Assembly: GCA_963765495.1 (NCBI GenBank)
Contig: CAVXWP010000012.1
Location: 1 to 64,000, forward strand
DNA length: 64,000 bases
Direction of reading: 5' to 3'
Origin: Blastocatellia bacterium
GTDB lineage: Bacteria > Acidobacteriota > Blastocatellia > UBA7656
A program made the translations under genes and the position numbers. This document shows, one piece after another, positions 1 to 9,824 of this stretch. The stretch's first letter is position 1; every line of letters begins with the position of its first letter. Below the pieces are notes generated by a model. The model had not been told where the DNA came from and ran no database searches. It saw nothing but the letters and a program-made list of their open reading frames with translations.

Positions 1-777
1 GAACTTGGAATGGGCTGGACGAACCTGCCCTTTGACATCGCAAATCTACGGGCTGAAAACGGCCCTGCCGAGCATCACATCCGCATAGGCTGGCTGCGTT
101 CGGTTGCTAATATTCAGCACGCCTTCGCCGTCCATTCTTTTCTGGATGAACTGGCCGATCTGGCTCGCCGCGACAGGGTAGAGTATTTGCTCGATGTGCT
201 TGGCAAATCGCGCACGGTTGATCTGAAAGACGGCGGGAGAATGTCAGACAAGTATCCGCTTGAGACGGGCCGCCTCCGCCGGGTGATAGAACTTGCGGCC
301 GAGCAATCAGGCTGGGCAAATAAAAAACCCGCGAAAGGGCGAGCCCTGGGCATCGCGGCTCATTACAGCTTTCTGAGCTATATCGCGGCGGTTGTCGAGG
401 TCGAAGTGGACGAGCGCGGCAAGATTCGGATTCCGCGCATAGACATAGCCGTAGACGCAGGTACTGTAATAAACCCTGATCGCGTGAAGGCGCAGTTTGA
501 AGGCGCGGGCGTCTTCGGAACAAGCATCGCTTTGATGGGTGAGATTACGGCAGCGGCGGGCGCGATCCAGCAATCGAACTTTCACGATTATCCCGTGGCT
601 CGAATGCCTGAGGCTCCGCTTAAAACTTACGTGCATATAGTGCCGAGCGAGGCTCCACCGGCAGGCGTAGGCGAGCCGGGCGTGCCGGTGATTGCGCCCG
701 CGATTTGCAATGCGATCTTTGCCGCTACGGGCAAGCGCATTCGGGAACTGCCTATCAAAAAACAGAAGCTCGTTTAG
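1..777 (+). CDS. Xanthine dehydrogenase-family molybdopterin-binding subunit (IorB-like), C-terminal part; begins upstream of the window
   Basis: Motifs [25 protein letters not shown] and [30 protein letters not shown] are typical of MoCo-binding large subunits. Confidence 0.9.
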   Translation, partial: ELGMGWTNLPFDIANLRAENGPAEHHIRIGWLRSVANIQHAFAVHSFLDELADLARRDRVEYLLDVLGKSRTVDLKDGGRMSDKYPLETGRLRRVIELAAEQSGWANKKPAKGRALGIAAHYSFLSYIAAVVEVEVDERGKIRIPRIDIAVDAGTVINPDRVKAQFEGAGVFGTSIALMGEITAAAGAIQQSNFHDYPVARMPEAPLKTYVHIVPSEAPPAGVGEPGVPVIAPAICNAIFAATGKRIRELPIKKQKLV

Positions 778-797
778 AGCAACTTGCACTTGGATTT

Positions 798-878
798 AGC
801 CACGAATCTGCACGAGTAACCACGAACAATTGGTGAAAATTCGTGTGATTCGTGGCTTCCTTAATCCTGTAAATCCTG
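798..878. repeat. Intergenic inverted repeat (AGCCACGAAT...ATTCGTGGCT) plus AATCCTGTAAATCCTG, between convergent genes
   Basis: 10-bp terminal arms at 798-807 and 848-857 with internal CACGA/TCGTG copies. Confidence 0.7.
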
Positions 879-897
879 GCTGAGTCTTCTCATCAAA

Positions 898-1668
898 TTA
901 CCCGCCGCCGATGGTCAGGCCGCCGTCAATGACTATCATCTGCCCGGTCATCCAGCTTGCCGACGGAGAGGCCAGAAAGACCGCCGCCCCGGCGATGTCT
1001 TCCGGTTCTCCGATTCGGCGCAACGGTGTTGTTGCTTCGGTTTTAGCCAGGATCTCAGGATTTTCCCAGAGGGCGCGGGCGAAATCGGTTTTTACTATTC
1101 CGGGCGCGATACAGTTGACCCGGATGTTGCGCGGCCCCCACTCGACGGCCAGATTGCGCGCCAGTTGAAAATCTGCCGCCTTCGAGATGGCATACATTCC
1201 AAGATGGATCGAGCCTTTCAGCCCGCCTATGCTTGAAACCATTATGACGCTGCCGTCTCGGCGCTCGGCCATCTCAGGGATCACAAGATTGCACAGCCAG
1301 ATGTTGCTGCGAACATTTGAGTCCATGATCTTTGCGAACGCATCGTCGGTCAGATTGATCATCGGGCCGAAATAAGGATTGACCGCTGCGTTACAGACCA
1401 GTATGTCAATCTGCCCGTAAAGCGCTCTGGTCTCTGAAACCAGCCGCTCCACGTCTTCACGATTGCCGATATGGCACGAAACGGGCGCGGCCTCAAACCC
1501 TTCGCTCTTTATCGCCTCCGCCACTTCCTGGCACATGTCGAGCTTGCGACTTGAGATGACCACTCTCGCGCCCGCGCGAGCAAGCGCCTCGGCAATCGCG
1601 CGGCCTATGCCTCTGGTCGAGCCCGTGACGACCGCCGTTTTTCCAGTTAGATCGAATAGTGATTTCAT
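898..1668 (-). CDS. SDR family oxidoreductase
   Basis: TGSTRGIG, CNAA, YAISK catalytic motif, NCIAPG; start trimmed to MKSLFDL. Confidence 0.92.
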   Translation of the reverse strand: MKSLFDLTGKTAVVTGSTRGIGRAIAEALARAGARVVISSRKLDMCQEVAEAIKSEGFEAAPVSCHIGNREDVERLVSETRALYGQIDILVCNAAVNPYFGPMINLTDDAFAKIMDSNVRSNIWLCNLVIPEMAERRDGSVIMVSSIGGLKGSIHLGMYAISKAADFQLARNLAVEWGPRNIRVNCIAPGIVKTDFARALWENPEILAKTEATTPLRRIGEPEDIAGAAVFLASPSASWMTGQMIVIDGGLTIGGG

Positions 1669-1696
1669 TTTCTTGCTCTCAGTCCATGCACAGAAG

Positions 1697-1725
1697 TTGA
1701 GACTTGAGATTTGAGACCTCAAATC
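1697..1725. repeat. Heptamer repeat (TTGAGAY)x3 with a short inverted arm
   Basis: TTGAGAC TTGAGAT TTGAGAC followed by CTCAAATC. Confidence 0.65.
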
Positions 1726-1728
1726 CAT

Positions 1729-2916
1729 TCAATTGCACGCTTCAAAAAGACCCGCCGCGCCCTGGCCTCCGCCCACACACATAGTCACAACGCCGTACTT
1801 CGCCTTGCGCCGCAGCATCTCGTTTGCAAGCGTACCTACCATGCGCGAGCCGGTCATACCAAACGGGTGGCCGATTGAGATCGAGCCGCCGTTTACGTTT
1901 AACCGCTCCTCGGGGATGCCTAGCTGGTCGCGGCAATAAAGCACCTGCACGGCGAATGCCTCGTTGAGTTCCCACACGTCAATATCATCCACCGTAAGGT
2001 TGTGTCGCTTGAGCAGTTTTGGCACGGCAAAGACCGGCCCGATCCCCATTTCGTCGGGCTCGCAGCCTGCTACGGCAAACCCTCGAAAGATGAGTTTCGG
2101 CTTGATGCCTAAAGCATCGGCCCGCTCGCGTGACATCACAAGCGTAGCCGACGCGCCGTCGGATAATTGAGACGAGTTTCCGGCCGTGACCGTTCCCTGC
2201 CCGCTAGTGGGATCGAAATAAGGATTCAAGCCCAGAAGCCCTTCAAGCGTGGTGTCGGGCCGGTTGCATTCGTCGCGGTCACACAGGACTTCTTCTTTGC
2301 CGACTATCTCTTTTGTCTTCTTATCGAGTATGCCGCGTGTGACGCGCATCGGTGCGATCTCTTCTTCAAAGAAACCTTCGGCCTGCGCCCGCGCCGTACG
2401 CTCCTGGCTCGATAGAGAGTATTCGTCCTGTGCTTCCCGGCTGATGTCATATCGTTTGGCCACGACCTCGGCCGTATCGCCCATGACCATGTAGATGCCG
2501 GGCTTGTGTTCCAGCACCCACTGATTGGGGTTGTAATCTCTCGACATCATGGTGATGCTTTCGACGCCGCCGCCAATTGCCGCTTCCGCGCCTTCGACCA
2601 TGATTTGATGCGCGGCCATAGCTATTGCCTGAAGCCCCGAAGAGCAAAAGCGATTGACGGTCGTTGCGGCAACCGAGACCGGCAACCCGGCAAGGACCGC
2701 AGCGACTCGCGCTACGTTGTTTCCCGCAGGCCCGTTTGGCTGCCCACAACCCAAAATCACATCCGTGATCTCTTCGGGCGCAAGCTCGGGCGCTTTGCTC
2801 AAAACGTCTTTAATGCAATGCGCGGCCAGTTCGTCGGGGCGCGTAAGGTTGAATGAACCGCGAAACGATTTCGCAAGCGGAGTGCGCGAGCTTGCTACGA
2901 TCACTGCTTCTTTCAT
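1729..2916 (-). CDS. fadA: Acetyl-CoA C-acyltransferase (thiolase)
   Basis: NRFCSSG, NEAF, GHPFG and CVGGGQG thiolase motifs. Confidence 0.95.
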   Translation of the reverse strand: MKEAVIVASSRTPLAKSFRGSFNLTRPDELAAHCIKDVLSKAPELAPEEITDVILGCGQPNGPAGNNVARVAAVLAGLPVSVAATTVNRFCSSGLQAIAMAAHQIMVEGAEAAIGGGVESITMMSRDYNPNQWVLEHKPGIYMVMGDTAEVVAKRYDISREAQDEYSLSSQERTARAQAEGFFEEEIAPMRVTRGILDKKTKEIVGKEEVLCDRDECNRPDTTLEGLLGLNPYFDPTSGQGTVTAGNSSQLSDGASATLVMSRERADALGIKPKLIFRGFAVAGCEPDEMGIGPVFAVPKLLKRHNLTVDDIDVWELNEAFAVQVLYCRDQLGIPEERLNVNGGSISIGHPFGMTGSRMVGTLANEMLRRKAKYGVVTMCVGGGQGAAGLFEACN

Positions 2917-2996
2917 GATGATTCCTTTCCAGAGAGCATTTCCAAAAAATAAGGTTTCCTTTACCTGCGCCGATCCGAGACTTAAAAATCTGAGAT

Positions 2997-3031
2997 CTCA
3001 AAACTCAAAACTCAAAATTCAAAACTCAAAT
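2997..3031. repeat. Heptamer tandem repeat (CTCAAAA)x5
   Basis: Read directly from the fadB-fadA spacer. Confidence 0.8.
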
Positions 3032-3038
3032 CCATTGG

Positions 3039-5171
3039 TCAGGCAGTGGCAGAAATCTTTCCCTTATCGAAGTCGGCGAATGTTTTGCCCTGTCTCACCA
3101 GTTGCTCAAGCAACGGAGCGGGCGTCCACAGACTCCCGTGCTCGGCGTGGAATTCGAGTATGCGGTTGTAGACTTTTTCCAACCCCACGGTATCGGCATA
3201 CCACATAGGCCCGCCGCGCCACGCCGGATAGCCATAGCCGTAGATGTATATGATGTCTATGTCTACGGCTCGCAAGGCAAAGCCTTCTTCCAGGATTTTC
3301 GCGCCTTCGTTTACGAGCGCATACATAGTTCGCTCGATGATCTCTTCATCGCTGATCTCGCGCCTTTGGATACCTGCCTCGGCGACCGTCTGCTCGATGA
3401 GCTTTTCAACTTCCGGGTCGGGCGAGGCCCGGCGATTCTCATCATAGCGATACCAGCCCGCGCCGGTCTTCTGACCGTAGCGACCCATTTCGCACAACCT
3501 GTCGGCAATCAACGGATGACGCACATTCGGGTCTTCCAGATGCTTGTATTCTTTGCGAATCCGCCAGCCTACATCGAGTCCGGCCAGATCGCCCATCGCC
3601 ATCGGCCCCATCGCCATCCCGAATTTATAAAGCGCCGCGTCCACGGCCTCCGGTCTCGCGCCCTCTTCGACCAGAAACTGAGCCTCGCGCCCGTAAGGCG
3701 CAAGCATACGATTGCCCACAAAACCCCGGCAATTGCCTACCAGGACGCCCACCTTTTTCAGCCTCTTTGCGAGCGCCATCGACGTAGCCACTACCTCTTT
3801 GCTTGTGGCCGCGCCCCGAACGATTTCAAGAAGACGCATGACATTGGCGGGGCTGAAGAAGTGATGGCCTATGACCATCTGCGGGCGCGAGGTTACAGAC
3901 GCAATCTCGTCGATGTCGAGCGTGGAAGTGTTGGAAGCAAGAATCGCTTCGGGCTTGCAGATTTTATCAAGCTCGGTGAAGACCTGTTTCTTCAGTTCCA
4001 TGCCTTCAAAGACGGCTTCGACCACGATGTCTACTTCGTCAAAACCGTCATAGGTGAGTGTGGGCTGCAAAAGCGACATCCGCCTATCCATCTCTTCCTG
4101 AGAGAAACGGCCTTTCCTTACCGAATTGGAATAATTTTTTTTGATGACCGCAAGCCCCCGGTCGAGAAATTCTTGCGAGGTTTCTTTGAGCAGAACCGGG
4201 ATGCCCGCGTTGGCATAATTCATTGCGATCCCGCCGCCCATCGTGCCTGCGCCTACAACGGCAGCTCTCTTGATTTCAATCTGTGGCGTATCTTTCGGGA
4301 TGTCTGGAATCCTCGTAATTTCGCGCTCGCCGAAGAAGACATGAATCAGCGCCTTTGACTGGTCTGAGAAGAGGCAATCTCGAAACAGTTGGGCCTCCCT
4401 CTGACAGCCTTCGTCAAATGAAAGAGTTGTCGCCGCCTCAACCGCGTCAATCGCCGCAAGCGGCGCAGTCTGTCCGCGTCTGATCTTTTTTGCCTTCTCG
4501 CGAGCGGCGGCAAAAATGGGTGTGTTCGTCTGCGTATCGCCGAGCTTTTCATTGCGCTCGCGCGATTTCGGTGACGGCTCGGCGCGGGCTATGACCTCAC
4601 GCGCAAAAGCGACTGCGCCCGCGAGCAAATCGCCTTCGACGATGCGGTCGATGATACCGTTTGCGAGGGCCTCACCCGCCTTGACCGGCTCGCCAAAGGC
4701 GCACATCTCAACCGCCTGAGCCACGCCCGCAAGTCGCGGGAGGCGTTGCGTGCCCGCTGCGCCCGGTATGATACCGAGTTTGACCTCCGGCTGGCCTACC
4801 AGGGCTGAGGGCGCGGCCACGCGATAGTGAAAGGCCATGGCCACTTCGAGCCCGCCGCCGAATGCCGTACCGTGGATTGCGGCTATCATAGGCTTGGGGC
4901 AGTCTTCTATCAGAAGCAGGAGCGGCAAGAGGCTGCCGCCTTTTCTATCCCCGGAAGTGACCTTGCCGAATTCCTTGATGTCGGCTCCGGCAATAAAGGT
5001 GCGGCCCCCACCTATGAGTACGGCGGCTTTTATATCGTCGTCTTCGGAGACAGCCTTCACGGCAGAAGCGATCCCTTCGGGCACTCCCGGGCTGAGCGCG
5101 TTTACAGGCGGGTTGTTGACCGTAATTATGGCGACCTCGCCATCTTTGCCGAGCGATATCAGTTCATTCAT
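3039..5171 (-). CDS. fadB: Enoyl-CoA hydratase / 3-hydroxyacyl-CoA dehydrogenase multifunctional enzyme
   Basis: [46 protein letters not shown]; start trimmed to MNELISL. Confidence 0.93.
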   Translation of the reverse strand: MNELISLGKDGEVAIITVNNPPVNALSPGVPEGIASAVKAVSEDDDIKAAVLIGGGRTFIAGADIKEFGKVTSGDRKGGSLLPLLLLIEDCPKPMIAAIHGTAFGGGLEVAMAFHYRVAAPSALVGQPEVKLGIIPGAAGTQRLPRLAGVAQAVEMCAFGEPVKAGEALANGIIDRIVEGDLLAGAVAFAREVIARAEPSPKSRERNEKLGDTQTNTPIFAAAREKAKKIRRGQTAPLAAIDAVEAATTLSFDEGCQREAQLFRDCLFSDQSKALIHVFFGEREITRIPDIPKDTPQIEIKRAAVVGAGTMGGGIAMNYANAGIPVLLKETSQEFLDRGLAVIKKNYSNSVRKGRFSQEEMDRRMSLLQPTLTYDGFDEVDIVVEAVFEGMELKKQVFTELDKICKPEAILASNTSTLDIDEIASVTSRPQMVIGHHFFSPANVMRLLEIVRGAATSKEVVATSMALAKRLKKVGVLVGNCRGFVGNRMLAPYGREAQFLVEEGARPEAVDAALYKFGMAMGPMAMGDLAGLDVGWRIRKEYKHLEDPNVRHPLIADRLCEMGRYGQKTGAGWYRYDENRRASPDPEVEKLIEQTVAEAGIQRREISDEEIIERTMYALVNEGAKILEEGFALRAVDIDIIYIYGYGYPAWRGGPMWYADTVGLEKVYNRILEFHAEHGSLWTPAPLLEQLVRQGKTFADFDKGKISATA

Positions 5172-5254
5172 AAGCGATTCTTCCTCTCTCTCACAGAAAT
5201 GAATTATGACGGCCGGACAGGCGCAAAAGCCATCTGTCGGAAATCTCAATCGCG

Positions 5255-5301
5255 CTGACCGAGCGGTCAGAAAAGGTACATCGCGGTGAGTGGACTGTCA
5301 A
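5255..5301 (-). promoter_or_regulatory. Sigma70-type promoter of the fad operon with a palindromic operator at the predicted start site
   Basis: Minus strand TTGACA (5301-5296), 17 bp, TACCTT (5278-5273), then CTGACCG-N2-CGGTCAG (5255-5270). Confidence 0.75.
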
Positions 5302-5531
5302 GAAAGCGGCCTGTGAAACGGCCGGTTTGATGCTGTCGTTCTCTACCTGCTATCGACGAGGAAGAGACTATTAAAAGCGAGGCAGGCCGCCTGCTGGAAT
5401 GATGTCGGCAGGAAAGTCATCTGCGGCTAACGCTACATCATTTACAATCAGATTGGGCAGGTTGGTATTTATTGCGCCCCAGCTACTCCCTGCATTTCCG
5501 CTTGCGCGGCAAAGGCTACGGGGGCAGGCGA

Positions 5532-6158
5532 TTACGTGCGAAGCAGGCCGCCAAGCGCGATATTGGTTATCTCTTCGGCTATCTGCTCGGGTGTAAGTCG
5601 CCCGTCGGGATAGTACCAGCGAGAGAGCCACAGGATCATCCCGAGCAGGCTGAAGGTGGCCGTAGTCACATCAATATCTCTCAGCTTCCCTTCCTCTTTT
5701 AGCTCTTTGAGCGTTTCACGGATCAGGTCTACGTATACGCGCTTTCGCTGATCGATCTTGCGGCGATGGGCGCGGGTAAGCCCGGCGACTTCGTCTACGA
5801 CTATTGTGACCGGATTATTCCCCTGGGGCGTGCTTCGACTGGTGATAAGCCGCACGTGGTTTTGGATGATCGAGATCAGGCGGTCCTGGGCATCGGTGAT
5901 CTCGCGAGCCGGAACGATCACCCATTCATCCAGCATATCGAGCCCGAAATTCATTATTCGAAAGAGCAGGTCTTTTTTTCCGGGGATGTGGTGATAGATG
6001 CCGGCCTTTGTGATTCCGACGGCTTCGGCTATGTCGCTCATGGAGGTGGCGTCGTAGCCTTTTTCGCAGATGATCCTGGCCGCGACGCGGTATATCTCAC
6101 CCAGACGATCCGGTTTGATCGAAGCTGGCAATCCGAAAGGGTTTTTTGTTGCCCTCAT
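5532..6158 (-). CDS. TetR/AcrR family regulator (KstR2-like C-terminus)
   Basis: HTH region KGYDATSMSDIAEAVGITKAGIYHH; C-terminal WLSRWYYPDG. Confidence 0.92.
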   Translation of the reverse strand: MRATKNPFGLPASIKPDRLGEIYRVAARIICEKGYDATSMSDIAEAVGITKAGIYHHIPGKKDLLFRIMNFGLDMLDEWVIVPAREITDAQDRLISIIQNHVRLITSRSTPQGNNPVTIVVDEVAGLTRAHRRKIDQRKRVYVDLIRETLKELKEEGKLRDIDVTTATFSLLGMILWLSRWYYPDGRLTPEQIAEEITNIALGGLLRT

Positions 6159-6393
6159 ATTTCCGATGGCGGTAAAACCGGCGGGCGGAAAGACAGAATG
6201 ATAACCTGAATCCTTTATCCCGCTTCGCTTTGCGCGGTCAATGTTTTTCCTCTCCCCACGCCGCGCACATCCATTCCATTTGTCGGACGGCGTCTGGTTT
6301 CAGAATGCTAAAATACTCGCCCCGTATCGCTAGTGTCAAGATAAGTGTCAAGATAAAGGGGGTAAAGGATTTCTGCCTTATCATTTGAGTGAA

Positions 6394-6422
6394 TTGACTT
6401 ACGAGCGCCGAGGGTGTATTCT
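6394..6422 (+). promoter_or_regulatory. Sigma70-type promoter for the methionine block
   Basis: TTGACT, 17 bp, TATTCT directly before the riboswitch. Confidence 0.7.
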
Positions 6423-6437
6423 GACGGGGTTGAAAAT

Positions 6438-6488
6438 TTAAAGTGGCGATTTATGGTAATTGCTCCACTTAAAAAACTGCTAAACAGC
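6438..6488 (+). ncRNA. SAM-II (SAM-alpha) type riboswitch aptamer
   Basis: AAGTGG-CGATTT...TTGC-T-CCACTT-AAAAAA-CT-GCTAAA follows the SAM-II pattern GUGG.GAUUU..UUGC..CCAC..AAA..GCUAAA; lies upstream of methionine genes. Confidence 0.8.
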
Positions 6489-6492
6489 CCGG

Positions 6493-6530
6493 AGGCCCCG
6501 CGCAGTTTAGCGCGGGGCTTATTATTTTTT
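6493..6530 (+). terminator. Intrinsic terminator serving as riboswitch expression platform
   Basis: GCCCCGCGC-AGTTTA-GCGCGGGGC followed by TTATTATTTTTT. Confidence 0.85.
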
Positions 6531-6555
6531 ATAGCTCATAAGTCCTGGGGTTGAT

Positions 6556-8384
6556 ATGAAAGATTTTCGCGAAGCCGTGACAGACGATAGGGTCTATGTA
6601 TTCGACGGCGCGATGGGGACCATGCTCTATTCGCGCGGCGTATACATAAACCGATGTTACGACGAGTTAAACCTGACAGGCGGCGACCTTGTGATGGGCG
6701 TCCACCGCGAGTATGTAAAGGCCGGGGCCGATATAATCGAAACAAATACCTACGGCGCAAACCGCGTAAAGCTGACCACCTACGGGTTGGAAGACAGGAT
6801 TCGCGACATCAATACATCCGGGGCGAGACTTGCGCGGGAGGCCGCCGGCGACAGGGCATTCGTCGCGGGCGCAATCGGGCCGCTCGGCATCCGCATAGAG
6901 CCCTACGGGCCGACATCCATAGAAGACGCACAGGCAATCTTTCGCGAGCAGGCCGAAGGGTTGCTCGAAGGCGGCGTGGACCTCTTCATACTCGAAACCT
7001 TTTCCGATATAGCCGAAATCCATCAAGCCCTGATCGCCATTCGTTCGCTTTGCAATCTGCCGGTCATCGCTCAGGTGACCATTCAAAACGACGGCAATAC
7101 CAGTTACGGCACATCGCCCGAAATATTCACCCGTCGGCTCGACGAATGGGAGGCCGATGTGATCGGGCTGAATTGCTCTGTCGGGCCGCACACCATGCTT
7201 GAGGCCATCGAGAAGATGCATCGCGTCACACGGCGAAAGCTCTCGGCTCAGCCAAACGGAGGATTGCCGCGACAGGTCGACGGGCGCATGTTTACATGGC
7301 TTCGCCCGAGTACATGGCCAAGTATGCGAAGCGGCTCATACAGGCGGGCGCAAAGTTCGTGGGCGGGTGTTGCGGCACAGGCCCAAAACATATAAAACTG
7401 ATCGAAAACGCCGTGGCGGCGCTCTCGCCCGGTCGCTCGAGCGTGCGCGTATTCGTCCCCGAAGAGAAACCGGTTGATATAGAGATTACGCCGCGAGGGC
7501 AGAAGTCGGAATTCGCTCGAAAAATCTGCGCGGGCGAGTTCGTCACATCCGTAGAGATAGTCCCGCCCAAAGGATGCGATCCGGCGAAGATGATCGAAAG
7601 CGTCCGCCTGCTTAGTGAGGCGGGCGTTGACGCGGTAAATGTGCCGGACGGGCCTCGCGCTCAATCGCGCATGGGGGTGCTGGCCGTATCTACGCTCATC
7701 CAACAGCAGGTCGGTATAGAGTGCGTGATGCATTACTGTTGCCGGGACCGGAATCTGCTCGGGATGACGAGCGATCTGCTTGGGGCCGCGGCTCTCGGGT
7801 TGCGAAACCTTTTGATCATCACGGGCGACCCGCCAAAGATGGGGCCCTACCCCGAGGCAACCGCCGTCTTTGATATAGATTCGATAGGGCTTGTCAACAT
7901 GGTGAACCGCCTCAATAACGGACTCGACATAGGCGGAAACCCTATAGGGGAGCCTACATCGTTTTACATGGGAGTAGGAGTGAACCCCTGCGCGGTCGAT
8001 CTCGAATACGAGTTGAAAAGGTTCGAATACAAGGTCGAAGCGGGGGCAGAGTTTGCGATCACGCAGCCGACTTTTGACGTGAAGCAACTCGGAGATTTTC
8101 TGAAACGGATAGAGCATTTCCGCATCCCTGTGATCGCCGGAATATGGCCGCTTGTGAGCTATCGCAACGCCGAATTTCTGGCCAACGAAGTGCCGGGGGT
8201 GGTCGTGCCAAAATCGGTGCTGAAGCGCATGCAGCGCATCACAGACAAACAGGCCGCACGCTCGGAAGGTCTGGCAATCGCTCGCGAGACGCTTTTGGAA
8301 GTGCGCGACGCGGTGCAGGGCGTGCAGGTATCTGCGCCCTTTGGGAAGGTACAATATGCGCTGGATGTGTTTTCGGCGCTTTGA
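6556..8384 (+). pseudogene. yitJ: Bifunctional homocysteine S-methyltransferase / methylenetetrahydrofolate reductase, split by a 1-nt frameshift near 7291-7295 (real mutation or sequencing error)
   Basis: ORF 6556-7395 has DGAMGT, ETNTYGA and GLNCSVGP; ORF 7296-8384 continues MASPEY...GGCCG plus the MTHFR domain; one extra T restores GRMFYMASPEY. Confidence 0.85.
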
Positions 8385-8422
8385 TCAAGGTTTTCCAATC
8401 TGTTTAGAGGTGGAATGTATTT

Positions 8423-8482
8423 GCCACAGAGCCACAGAGCCACAGAGGTTTTTGTCTGAGCTTTTCTCTGTACCTCTGTGGC
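8423..8482. repeat. Inverted repeat built from an 8-bp unit: (GCCACAGA)x3 ... CTCTGTACCTCTGTGGC
   Basis: Read directly; related copy at 24737-24801. Confidence 0.8.
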
Positions 8483-8612
8483 TATCTGGATCACTCACAG
8501 TTTTTCGGGCGGCTTGAAACAAGGGCGGGCCGGGTGGTAGCCTTGATCGTTTGAGTAACAGGCGATCATGTTCTTTGAAAGGTCGCGAGATGATTACCCG
8601 GAGTTGATGTGA

Positions 8613-9116
8613 ATGAAGAGACGAATAGCAATGCCGATACTTGCAGGCGCCCTGCTTGCGCTCGCGCCAACCGATAATCCGCAACGTGAGTTGAGTATGG
8701 ATGTACTGCGCGGTTATCTCAATCGCATGTACGCTCAATACGTGCCCCATCCGAAAAGCGATAAGGTTTTCGTAGTCACCCGCGTCACAAACGAGCACGC
8801 GGGCCGTATCGATCTTTACGTCGAGATGCGCGATGATAAATCTCTGGTGCTGACGGCATACGCCAAAGAGAAGGACCATTATTTCAACGTAGCCCGCGCC
8901 CTCGATCGCGAGAAACTGTTTCAAAGATTGCTCCAGGCCAACTATCGCGCCTTCTCGACTTTCTTTGTTGACGATCAGGGAGACATAGGCGTGCGGTTCA
9001 CTTTCACGACCGAAGACGGCGTGGGCTATGAGCCCTTTCGCGTAGCAGCCACGCAGGTGATGCGCATAGCCGATGAATATTCGCCGATACTCGGCCAGTA
9101 TATGAGCAAAGAATGA
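8613..9116 (+). CDS. Exported YbjN-like protein
   Basis: Signal-peptide-like N-terminus; LLQANYR..FFVDDQGDI resembles the YbjN domain. Confidence 0.6.
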   Translation: MKRRIAMPILAGALLALAPTDNPQRELSMDVLRGYLNRMYAQYVPHPKSDKVFVVTRVTNEHAGRIDLYVEMRDDKSLVLTAYAKEKDHYFNVARALDREKLFQRLLQANYRAFSTFFVDDQGDIGVRFTFTTEDGVGYEPFRVAATQVMRIADEYSPILGQYMSKE

Positions 9117-9169
9117 GTAAGGACAAACGGCTATCTTTGAGCCGAGCATGCCGCCTGTGAGGTGATTTC

Positions 9170-9730
9170 ATGAGAAAGAATTTTGTTGCGACTGTACCCA
9201 TCACAATCGCACTCATTGTCGGGCAAATACTTGCTCAACAGGCCGACCCGCCGCAGCCCGTCTCGCCCAAACCTGTGCAATCGAAGGGCTCGCTGATAGA
9301 TTCCGTAAAGCGATATGTTCAACACGCTGGCGGTATTATTGACACAAGCAAAAGCACATCCAGCATGATCGTGTCGAACTACGCTTACGGCCGGAGCGAA
9401 AAGATCACCATCGTCATAGTCAACGACCAGCGCAAAAACATGCTTGGCTTCTACATATACAATTTCGGCAGCGTCAAGAATCTGACCAGCCGGGAAGAGG
9501 TTTACAAATTCCTTCTCGCGACCAACGACGCGATAACCATAGGGGGCTTCTTCGTCGATACGGAAGAAGACATCGGCTACAAGTACCTGCTGAGCACCGA
9601 ACAAACGCCTAATCTGGCCACGTTCGAATCCGTGTATCTGACAATGGCAGCCGTAGCCCGCGACCGCCGACCCGATATACGCAAGATACTCGATGCCTCG
9701 GGCGGCAAAGAAGAAGCGCCAAAGCAGTAA
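9170..9730 (+). CDS. Exported YbjN-like protein, paralog of the upstream gene
   Basis: Signal peptide ending ILA-QQ; LLATND..FFVDTEEDIG; GAGGT ribosome-binding site. Confidence 0.6.
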   Translation: MRKNFVATVPITIALIVGQILAQQADPPQPVSPKPVQSKGSLIDSVKRYVQHAGGIIDTSKSTSSMIVSNYAYGRSEKITIVIVNDQRKNMLGFYIYNFGSVKNLTSREEVYKFLLATNDAITIGGFFVDTEEDIGYKYLLSTEQTPNLATFESVYLTMAAVARDRRPDIRKILDASGGKEEAPKQ

Positions 9731-9731
9731 A

Positions 9732-9816
9732 GCGTGATGCGTGATGCGTGATTTCAGGTGGCAGAATTAGAACAACTTGCAAACCTCCTAAATCACGAAT
9801 CACGAATCACGAATCA
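9732..9816. repeat. Heptamer inverted-repeat element (GCGTGAT)x3 ... (AATCACG)x3.5
   Basis: Read directly between the upstream stop codon and the metH start. Confidence 0.85.
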
Positions 9817-9824
9817 GGTTTAAT

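Noticed and set aside
3102-4358. Long antisense ORFs (3102-4358, 7248-8354, 37988-38947, 42012-42884 and similar)
   Set aside because: They shadow well-supported genes on the opposite strand and have no recognisable motifs.
7288-7300. Programmed ribosomal frameshift in yitJ
   Set aside because: No X XXY YYZ slippery heptamer or clear stimulatory structure; a simple indel explains it.
8385-9824. Cobalamin riboswitch upstream of metH
   Set aside because: No B12-box or other cobalamin aptamer motif seen; the space holds two ORFs and repeat hairpins.
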